A DNA stretch of 64,000 nt from Lama guanicoe. Lineage: Eukaryota. The stretch is taken from the NCBI GenBank assembly GCA_013239625.1, contig MU053881.1, positions 10,344,873-10,408,872 on the forward strand, written 5' to 3'. The notes under the pieces were generated by a model that saw nothing but the letters and a program-made list of their open reading frames with translations, did no database searches and was not told the origin of the DNA. Both the position numbers and the translations under genes were made by a program. Shown piece by piece: positions 1 to 10,097 of the stretch (position 1 is the stretch's first letter; each line of letters starts with the position of its first letter).

Positions 1-9
1 ATAGGAAAT

Positions 10-125
10 TAGTCAACATTTCCTTGAGCATGGCACACCTGGAGACATGGCAGGCACCGTGCTAAATGCCAAGAGGGGCTGGAAGAGGAATGAAGGAAAC
101 CTCTACTCTTAAGGAGCTCAGCAGA
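10..125 (-). mobile_element. L2 LINE 3' fragment, highly diverged
   Basis: caacatttccttgagc...ggcaccgtgctaaatgc...aaggagctca resembles the reverse complement of the L2 3' end. Confidence 0.55.
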
Positions 126-829
126 AACACCCATGTGAAAAGGCCAGAGGTTATACAGAGTGAAGAGAATGATCACTGGAAGAATCATGTAAGACAGATA
201 TGCCTTTTCAATTCAAAGAAATGAAAGAAAGTATCTCATGTCTACGTAACAACCAAGACTGACCAGTTAAGAGTTTTCACTGTATGTTGACACTTTTTCT
301 CAACCCTGCTGAATGCAGTACTGTGTAAACTCATAATTGATGGTTATAATTAAAACTCAAAAGTAAGAATTTGTATTTTTTTTCCTTGATGAACTGACCC
401 AGTCTGACCCACATCTTCAGGAGCATGGTCTCAGACAACAAATCCCTGTGTAATCCTTTATATAAAGCTGCACGGGTGGTCTGTAGCCATACCTTTGCCA
501 TTTGCAAATGAAAGATAGACCATTTAATCTGGTTTCCAGAGCTTACCTTGTTTATATTATTTCTAACATAGACTAAGTGCCCATCAAACAGCACTTGCAT
601 GAATTCAACTTTCCTAATTAACCACAGCATTTAATTTCCATCCCAAAAACACATTCAGAAAGAAAACAACAGAGTAAGTTTGTTATTAAAGTTTAGTATG
701 AAGTACAACAATAATCGTAACATTCTTCCCTCCAAATGAAACATTTGGTTGATAAGAAAAGTTTATAAAAACAGATACATACACACATACACCACCACGA
801 CCACCACCACCACCACCCTCACAAATTAA

Positions 830-1605
830 TAAATAGATATCTTTACAAAAGAGCACAAAGGAAATGAAGTAATTCACAGAAAGGAAATATAAATGGCTGA
901 TATATAAAAATGTTTGAGCTTAGAGAAATTATACTAAAATTTAAACATCATTATTTTATACTTTTTGATTAATTAAATTTTGAAGTGTCCTATGCTAGCA
1001 AAAGTTTAGAAGAAAAAGAGAAAGGTTCTGTGACATATACAACTTTGTCATGATGGATTCTAAAGAGGAACTCGACACTATGAAATTTAAAAATGTGCTT
1101 AGTAGAGAGTCTACATATTCTTCTTGAACATATCTGTCTTAGAAAAATATCTGTACAAGTATACAAAGAGGGATGTGCAAGGCTGCTCATAGCACACATA
1201 ATTTCAGTAGAGAAAAACTGAAAACAACCCAAGTCTTCATCAAAATGGGAATGGTTAAACAGTCTCCCCTTCATCAATTCTACAGAAATTAAAAAGAAGG
1301 AGGTAGACTTCTGGGTATGGGAACAGAGATGTCTCTCATATTACTGGATAAAAAAGCAGGTTTCTGAACAGTATAAAAGGTATGACAGCATTTGTTTTGA
1401 AAATGCACAGACGAAATTTATTATCCTACACAAATATGTATATGTATACATGCATGGAAAATGGTTTTGAAGGATACAAATCTAGTTGTTTCTGAGAAGA
1501 GGAATAAGATTGCCAGGTACTAAGGCAGATTTTTGTTGTATTAATCCACATTGTATTAATTTTTATAAAATTTCTCATAGTTTACTATGTAATTAAAAAT
1601 AAGTA
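830..1605 (+). mobile_element. Ancient L1 (L1ME-like) 3' region
   Basis: Diverged L1 3' motifs such as ttcacagaaaggaaatataaatggc and aactgaaaacaacccaagtcttcatcaaaatgggaatggttaaac. Confidence 0.7.
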
Positions 1606-1784
1606 AGTAGGACTTTCGTTTTTGAGCAAGACGGAATAGCAAGGCCTGCATTTACAATCTCTACTGGAACAACAAAAAATGGATAAAATACAGGAAACAC
1701 ACATTTGAAGACACTGGATATCAGACAATCAAGGTCAGTAATCTCTGAGATATGCCAAACGAACAAGGTGAGGCTTATGATTAC

Positions 1785-2112
1785 TATCTCAGTCTATCTG
1801 GGCTGCTGTAACAAACAGCACAGACAGGGGGACTTATAAGCAATAGAAATTTATTTTTCCCAGGTTTGGAGGCTGTAAGTCCAAGAGCAAGATGCCAGCA
1901 TGGTCAGGTGAGGGCCCTCCTCCGGGCTACAGACTTATCATATCCCCACACAACAGAAGAGGCAAGGGAGTCCTCCTTGGGCCCCCCTTTTAAGGCAGCA
2001 ATGCCCTTATGACCGCATCATCTCTCAAAGGCCCTGCCTCATCGTATCATCACACTGGGCGTTAGGATTTCAACATATGCATCTGGGGAACATAAACATT
2101 CAGACAACAGCA
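1785..2112 (-). mobile_element. MaLR solo LTR, MLT1A-like, nested in the old L1
   Basis: gggctgctgtaacaaa...ggaggctgtaagtccaaga...gttaggatttcaacatatg...aaacattcagacaacagca; the old L1 resumes afterwards. Confidence 0.85.
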
Positions 2113-3370
2113 ACCATCCAAGCTTATTATCTTGACAGCATTTCCAGGCTGCAGCAAAAGGAGGAGGAATCCAGGCGATGCCCAGAGGACTCTGTGAGTC
2201 AGAAAGACAAAGCTGAGATTCTGGGAGAGGCAAGGTGGTGACTAGAATTTGCAAAAATCCCTTTCAAGGAATACTAGAATTCCTTTCAAGTATGCAGCTG
2301 AGGGCTGATCAGTGAAGACATGAGAGGAAACGACCTAAGGCTGGAGGAAGAACCACCCAAAGCAGTCATTAATCAGGGCTGAGAGCAGTGCTGCTTCCAC
2401 CATCATCAAGCACTGAGGAGAGTAAAGAGAAGGGTCTTGTCACTGCAGCTCTGAATTAATTACCCCAAGACTGAGTACTGCTGCGGTCGACTTAACAAAT
2501 CTTAAAACCAAACACTTAAGGTTCAAAATATTTGCAAGTAACTTAACTGCACCACAAAGCAAAGCTTAACGATATTTATAGGGAAACAGAGAGAGAGCCA
2601 ATAGTCAACAAGATAATGTTTCACATTTGACATCCAAACAAAAATTACTAAAAATGGAGAAAATTACAAAAAGAAGCATACAAATACGGTCCATACAAAG
2701 GAATTTAATTAATTAATTGAACTGATCCAGAAAATACACAAATAACATAATCTTCAGACAAGGATACTGTAACAGTTACTAAAATGACCTTCCATATGAG
2801 CACAAAATTAAGTACCAACATAGAAGATTTTTTTAAAGAAATAACAACTTAAATACTAGAAGTGAAAACTACAGTGTGTTAGAAGAAAAATACATTGTAT
2901 GGGCTTAATGAGAGCGTGAGTTACCAAAAAATGCCAGAAGACTTCAAACTATATCAGTAAAACTAGCATGAAACACTGAGAGAAGCAAAAATTAACAACA
3001 ACAGAGAGAGAAAACATCAGTGAACAGGGAGACAACTGCCTGTATCCTAATGTACGTGCAAGAGAACAGAAATGAAAAAATTGAAAAATAATTATCCAAA
3101 CACATCCAAACTTAGTACAAATTATAAATCTTTAGATCCAAGAATCACAATGAAACTCAAGTACTTTTGTGAAAAGACATGAAGAAAACCATACCAAGGA
3201 GGGTTATAATCAAATTGTTCAAAGCTTGTAATAAAAAAAAATTCTGAAAGTCAATTTTATCTACAGAGGAAAATATATAGGGATGACTGCAGTTCTATGG
3301 TCAGAAAAAAACTGCACCCCAAAAGATAGTGGAGCAACATTTTTAAAATACTAAGGGGTGGGGGGAGATA

Positions 3371-3799
3371 CAGGCATACTTTGTTTTATTGTGCTTCACA
3401 GATACTGTGTTCTTCACAAATTAAAAGTTTGTGGTAACCCTGCATCAAGCAAGTCTATTGGCATCATTTTTTTTTTCCAACAGCATTTATTTGCTTCATG
3501 TCTCTGTGTCTTCTTTCAATCATCCTCACAATATTTTAAACTTGCCATCAGCAAAAAGGTAACTCAATGAAGGCTCAGATGAGAATATTTTTTAGCCTTG
3601 AAGTATTTGTAATTAATGTATACATATTGTTTTTTTAGACAAAATGTTCTTGCCCACTTAAGAGACTACAGCATAGTGTAAACGTAACGGTTATATGCAC
3701 TGGGAAACAAACAAAAATTCACGTGACTTGTTTTATTGCAATATTCACTTTACTGCAGTGGTCTGGAACTGAGCCCACGGTATCTCCAAGGCATGCCTG
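3371..3799 (+). mobile_element. Tigger1-derived internally deleted TcMar DNA transposon
   Basis: TIRs caggcatact... and ...aggcatgcctg with TA on both sides (3369-3370, 3800-3801); body matches Tigger1 ends. Confidence 0.9.
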
Positions 3800-4241
3800 T
3801 AATTTAGGAATCTATGTCCACTGAAAATACCTTTCAAAGACAAAAGTGAAATAAAGACATTGTCAGATACACAAGAGCTAAAAGAACTGATTATTAGCAG
3901 ATGTGTACTGCAAGAATTATTAAAGCAGGTTATTCAGGCAGCCAGTAAACGTGATATGTTAAAGTGTAAATTACATACCCTAAAGCAACCACTAAAATGA
4001 CAAAACGATGAGTTTTAGCTAGTAAGCCAACACAGGAGATAAATGTGAATTATAAAATATATTCAATTGATCCAATAGTTGGCAGAAAAACAGTAATACA
4101 AGGAGCAAAGAACAGATGGGACAACTAGAAAGTAAACTGATGAGAGACTGAAGTTTAATTATCTCATTAATCACACTAAATGTCAATGGTCTGAATACCT
4201 TCGATAAAAAGAGTAGATGAAAACAGAGCGTAAGTTGTATA

Positions 4242-4457
4242 CAGTTGACCCTCAAATAACAAAGGGGTGAGGGTCACCAACTCTCCATGCAGTTGAAAAC
4301 CCACATAACTTTACAGTCAGCTCTTAGTCATCTGTAGTTCTGCATCTGCAGAGTCAAACCCACAGATTGTGTAGGACTGTAGTTCAGGTTTACAGAAAAA
4401 AATCCATCTATATATGGACCCGAGCCATTCAAACCTGTGTTGTTGAAGGGTTACCTG
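4242..4457. mobile_element. MER8/Tigger2-family MITE
   Basis: TIRs cagttgaccctcaaataac and gttgttgaagggttacctg, flanked by TA on both sides. Confidence 0.85.
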
Positions 4458-4551
4458 TACAAGAAAAATACTTCAAATATAAAGATACAACCATAAAAAC
4501 ACAACTGTAAAGTGAAAGGATAGCAAAAGACATGCAATGCTAGCTAGCACT

Positions 4552-4554
<3 letters not shown>

Positions 4555-4611
<57 letters not shown>

Positions 4612-4650
4612 AAATAAAATAAACAAAAAAAAAAAAAAAGATGAAAAGAA

Positions 4651-4683
<33 letters not shown>
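4555..4683 (+). repeat. Long A-rich tract (55 uninterrupted A, then interrupted A runs)
   Basis: Seen directly. Confidence 0.97.
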
Positions 4684-4684
<1 letters not shown>

Positions 4685-6513
4685 CCAGAGTGGTTGCATA
4701 GTATCAAATTATATCTCAGAGCAAAGATCTGATAAAAAGCAATAGAAAACATTTTTCCTGAAAGTGATAGTGTCACTGTATTCACAAGACATAACTTCTT
4801 ATGACAAAATATTATTTACATAATAGAACTTCAAATTACGTGATGCAAAAATGAATACAACAAGAAGAATAAATAGACAAATCTGCATTTGTGGTCAAAG
4901 ATTTCAATACAGCTCTCTCAATAACTGATATAAGTAGAGAGAAAATCAGTAAGGATATAAAAGAATTGAAAACCAAAAGAAACCAACATGACCTTTATGG
5001 AACATTTCATGCAACAACAGTGGAATACACTTTTTTTTTCAAGTACACATGGAAAATGTACCAAGACAGATAATATCCTGGACCATAAAAATAAGTCTCA
5101 GTAAACTAAAAAGTATTCAAGGTACATAAGTACTATTCTAACATGAACTAAATTTTATAGCAAAAATATTTGGAGATTACCTCTCAATATTTGGGAACCA
5201 AAAACATACTTTTAAATAAACTGAGTCCGAGAAGATAGCAAAAAGGATACTAGAAAATATTTCGAACTGAATAAAAGTTAAAAGAAGCCATTTCAAAGAA
5301 TTTGGGGTAGTTAATTCACAGCATTAAAAGCTGATATTTAAAAATATGAGTGGTCTTAAATGACCTCAACTTCTACCTCGAGAAATTAGAAAAAGCAAAG
5401 CAAATTAAACCTAAAGTAAGCAGCAAAAAATAAAATAATAAAGATCAAGGTGAAAATCAATGAAATAGAAAACAAATGGGAAAATTAATAAAACCAAAAG
5501 CTGGTTCCTTTATACAACTAATAAACTTAATAAAACTCTATTTAGACAGACTTGAATAAAAATAAATGCCTCGAATTACCAATATCATGAATGACATTAG
5601 TATAATTTCCAGAGATATTGAAAGGATAACAAGAAAATATGCCAATAAATTTGACAACTTAGAGGAATAGGACAAATATCTTGAAAAACACAAAGTATGA
5701 AAGCTCATCTAAGAATAACCTGGATAGCTTGCCCTATTCGCATAAAGGAAACTGAGTTTGTAGATCCAGGCTTAGGTGACTTCACTGGTTAATTCTACAA
5801 GACATTTAAGGAGGAAATAATAACAAATTCTACATAAATTCTTTAAGAAAATTATAAAGAAAATACTTCCCAACTCATTTTATGAGCTCATTATTACTTT
5901 GATACCAAATCTTCACAAAGACATTACAAGAAAACTACAAATCAATATCACTAACAAGTACAAATGAAAAAAATTCTAAATAAAATTTTATAAAAAAAGA
6001 AATCCAGTAATTTATAAAACAGGATTTTATGTTAAAAAGAACCAAAACATGAACATCTCGTCATAGAAAAGACATTTGACAAAACCCAACATCCACTCCT
6101 GATAATAAAACTTATTAAACTAGGAATTGTAGGTAAATTCCCTAATCTAAAAAAGTACATCTATGAAAAATTCATAGTTAACACAACAGTAACGATCAAA
6201 AAGTGAGTGCTTCCAACCTAAGATCAGGAAGATCAGGACATCCATTGTCACCACTTCTATTAAATATTTCAGTAAAGGTTCTAGTTACTGATACAAAGCA
6301 CACAAAAAAAGGAAGTGTTTTTTATTTTCAGAAGATATGACGGTCTATGTTGAAAACAGGATAGATTATAGAAAAGTTAAAGATTTATAAGTGGATTTGG
6401 TAAGACTGCAGGATAAAAGATAAATATAATAGCAAAAGAGGAATTGCACTGCTGTGTACTAGCAGTAACTAAAATGTTAAAATATCATTTGCATTTTATC
6501 AAAATATAAAATC

Positions 6514-7800
6514 GGGGAAAAGGGCCAAGATGGCGGAGGGGAAGGACGCTGGGAGCTCGCCCTCTCCCACAAATACACCAAGACTGACACCTACGGGCCC
6601 ACCCAGCCACTCAACACCTGCTGAACTTGGACAGAACATCGTCTTCTTCAAAAGACAAAATTTGCCACAAATCCGATAGAAGAAAAGGCAAAAAAAAAAA
6701 AAGAAGAAGAAGAAGAAGAAAAAGCAAAACAGTGCGGGCGGGGTCCCGCGGGGAGGGAGCGGCAAAGGAGGCCCGGCGCTCGCTCGCTGGGTCTCCCCTC
6801 CCCCGCGGAGAGGCCAGCGGGACGGAGGCGCGGCCTCCAGGCTCCGATCTGTACGGAATAGACCTTGACTGGCAGAACTAAGATAAATGGGTACAAAGGG
6901 TCACCGTGACCCCTAGCCCTAGACGCAAACTGGCAGGTGGGGGATGGAGCCAGGCGGAGGACTCGGGCCAGCTGCACAAAAGCCACCCGAGGGGAGTGCA
7001 GGGTGCTGTGCCGCATGGCTGGGAGGGGTTACAGAACAGAACAGCCTGGGTACCCCAGAAAATAAATAAATAAAAAAAAAGCAAAGCAACACGGCTGGTG
7101 TGCCCTGGGGGAGGGGCGCTGTAGCCTCTGTTTCCACAGACCCGCGGCACCATTAGTGGGAGAGGAGAGGCTGGGCGCAGCCACCGCCGCCATATTTACC
7201 ATATTCTCCCCGTGGGCAGCTCCCAGGCGAGGGCGGGTCGGAACCTGAATCCGGGGCTGAAATTTGTTTACAGCCCCAAGCAGACAGGAACGGTCGGCCC
7301 CGGTGCCTCTGTGACCTTGTGCCTCTCAGACAAATGGAACAAGGAGAGCTCTGGCACAGCGCAGGGGCGAGCGCTGGTGCGGCCGTTTTCTCCGAGCCCT
7401 ACTACGGAGCGTGGACCCTGTGCAGCATGGGGAGCAGCGCTGAGTGGGGGAGCGACTTCCCCACCTACTTGGCAGGAGCCCAGCGCCAGGACGCAGCGCT
7501 GTGAGAGGGGCTCCACGGGCCCGCCTACCATGCACGAGCGACGAGCCAGGACGCCGCGTGGAGAAGGGGCGTGGCATACGCGTAGCAGCGCCAGGACGCT
7601 GCGCTATTAGGGGCACCCGCGACCCGCCCACCTACCAGCTCGGAGCAGCACAGACAGGGGCGCGCCCAGAGGGCCTGTGGAACCAGCAAGAGGAGTTCGC
7701 ACGGCAGGGCGAGGGCAGGAGCTGCAGCAACCACAGAACGAAAAGGAGGCCCCGCTGCATGGCCAGGGCAGGCTCTGGTCACCACAACACTGGCCACACC
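6514..7800 (+). promoter_or_regulatory. L1 5' UTR internal promoter, CpG-island-like, with YY1 motifs
   Basis: GC- and CpG-rich compared with the AT-rich window; AAGATGGCGG at 6527-6536; CCGCCATATT at 7187-7196. Confidence 0.75.
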
Positions 7801-9096
7801 TCCAGCCAAAGGATAACAGACAAAAGGCATGGAAGGAAGACTTGGCAACCACCCATACTTAAGAACCTCTTGACAAAATTATTAATAGTGCATAGCCTCC
7901 GTGGAAACACATCTACCTTTTTTTTCTTTTTTAATTTAAATTTTTTAATTTTTTAATCCTCTTTAAAATTTTCTTTTAATTTTTAATTAATTTTTAAAAA
8001 TGTGTCAGTTTATTTCTCTTTATTTTGTTCTTCTCTTGTCAATTATACTGTTTTTGAATCTTTTCCTCTTTTAAATTTTTAAAATTTTTCTGTTTGATTT
8101 TTATTTCTTTGTGTTGTTTGTCAGTTATTGATTATACTTTATTTTCAAATCTTTTTTTCTTCTTTAAATTTCTTTTCTAGCTTTATTTCTGCATCCACTT
8201 TAGATAAATAAATAAACCCCTCAGGACCACAGTAGATAACTGATACTCCAAAATCCACAGTACCAGAGAGATATAAGTAAAGTGAAGAAGCAGAGGAACC
8301 ACTTGCAATTAAAAAAAAAGAGAGAAATCCCCTGAAAGAACAATCAATGAAATAGACCTTGATAGTCTACTAGATCATGATTTCAAAAAAAAAGGAGTGA
8401 TCAAAGTATTGAAGAAACTAAAAGAGATTATGAATAGACACAGAATATATCAAAAAGGAAACTGAAGCTATAAAGAGGAGCCAATTAAAATTGGAAAACT
8501 CATTTGCTGAGATGAGAGCTGACCTAAAGGCTGTACAAAGCAGGCTAGATAATGCAGAAAACCAAAAAAAGTGACCTAGAAGACAGGACAACAGAAGTCA
8601 CCCAGTCAGAAAAACAAATAAAAACCAGTGAAAACAATATAAGGGACCTATGGGATAGTATAAAGCATGACCATCTACACATAACAGGGGTCTCAGAAGG
8701 AGGAAAAAGAGCAAAGGGTATTGAAAAGGTATTTGAAGCAATCATGGCTGAAAACTTCCCAAACCTAAAGAAGGAATCAGATAGCCAAGTACAGGAAGCA
8801 CAGAGGGTCCCAAAGAAGAAGAATCCAAATAGGCCCACACCAAGACATATTATAATCAGGATGGCCAGGGTTAAGGATAAAGAAATGATCCTAAAGGCAG
8901 CAAAAGAAAAACAAAGAGTGAGTTACAAGGGAAACCCCATGAGGCTTTCAGCTGATTTCTCTACACAAACACTGCAAGCCAGAAGGGAGTGGCAAGATAT
9001 ATTCAAAGTCCTGAATGAGAAAAAGATGCCACCTAGGATATTTCATCCAGCAAAGCTATTGTTTAGAACAGAAAGAGAGATAAAGAACTTCATAGA
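6514..9096 (+). mobile_element. Relatively young L1: complete 5' UTR plus most of ORF1, 3' part missing
   Basis: Starts ggggaaaagggccaagatggcgg, a canonical L1 5' end; CpG-rich UTR; ORF1p-like translation; L1 similarity stops abruptly at ...aagaacttcataga. Confidence 0.93.
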
Positions 9097-9139
9097 TGCT
9101 CCTTCAGTTCAGGATTCATCTGTGGCGAATTTCATGTAA
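8273..9139 (+). pseudogene. Disrupted L1 ORF1p: start codons appear mutated (ATA, GTG), frameshifts in A runs, open frame 8552-9139 with a short non-L1 tail
   Basis: IMAENFPNLKKE, QVQEAQRVP, RPTPRHIII, RLSADFS.TLQARREWQDIFKVL are hallmark ORF1p RRM/CTD-region motifs. Confidence 0.92.
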
Positions 9140-9809
9140 GCTTCAGACTGGTTCTGTTAGAGGAAATTTCTTAGCCTCAACGCCCATGCTTGTGTTCATG
9201 TAATAATAAGTACTTTCAAACTAAGGAAAGAAATAAGAACAAAATAAAACACAACCAGCCACTGTTGATACCACCTTAAATGGCTCCAGTATTACCATGT
9301 ATCCCGGGCTTACCTTCTTAATAGCAAGCTCTGGACTAAATACTCCCCATTATCTTATTTATTCCTCAAGGCAGTGAAGGAGATAGACAGCATCATATCC
9401 ATCTAATGGATCATTAAATCTACACACAAATTGTTTAAGAAATTTCCTGGTAAGGAAAAGGAAAATTAGCTGGTAAGGAAAGAGGTCAAAGAAAAGCCAC
9501 AATCTTCAACTAGGACTTTACCAATACGCTTAAAAAAAAAAAGATCTGGAATTTCAGTGTACAACAGTAAGGAAGGCATTGTGTAAAGGGTGCAATATTG
9601 ACATGATATTCTGTACATATTAGGAGCATATATTCCTAATTCATTAATTCAAATAAAGCTGAAGTGTAAAACATAATGATTTAAATTTTGTTCAAAACTG
9701 AATGTGCTATGAGATGGAAACAGGTCTATATTGTTCCAAATCATTTTTTTCATTTTACTTTCCCTGAGCATTTATGAAGTCTATATTTGTCAATTTATTT
9801 TGCAGTCAA

Positions 9810-10097
9810 TTTGGGACCACATGATACATGCCACTTACATGCCTGGATCTTTTAAGTATCTTTCGTGAGCCTCCTCCTGTCTCCCCTTACCCCACCACAA
9901 CAAGCTTGGAGGACGTGTGTTTCAAATGCTTTAGCTACAGTATCCTAAAGCCTCCAACAGACTGGGGCTCTGAGAGATTATAGGAAACAGAAGCCCTGCC
10001 AACCAGCAATGCAAATTAGAAACAAACCTTTGTCCTGTTAAGTCCCTGAAATTTGGAAATATGTCACTGCAGCATAACCTAGCCAACCTGGCTAATA
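9810..10097 (+). mobile_element. Old MaLR LTR (MLT1J/K-like) fragment
   Basis: 3' end agaaacaaacctttgtcctgttaagtccctgaaatttgg...gcagcataacctagcc..ctggctaata. Confidence 0.7.

Larger units (their letters stand above)
1610..6512 (+). mobile_element. Ancient L1 (L1MC/L1M4-like) with 5' UTR, decayed ORF1 and ORF2 up to about the end of the RT domain; interrupted by three nested insertions
   Basis: 5' end ggactttcgtttttgagcaagacggaatagc...gacactggatatcag resembles L1MC-type 5' ends; ORF2 remnants include 4891-5073 (DFNTALSITDISREKISKDIKEL, endonuclease region) and aaaaccaaaagctggttc; many stops and frameshifts. Confidence 0.85.

Noticed and set aside
4540..4785. Poly-Phe ORF
   Set aside because: Antisense translation of the A tract
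6499..7956. Many overlapping ORFs up to 170 aa
   Set aside because: Expected from low stop-codon frequency in the GC-rich L1 5' UTR; low-complexity translations
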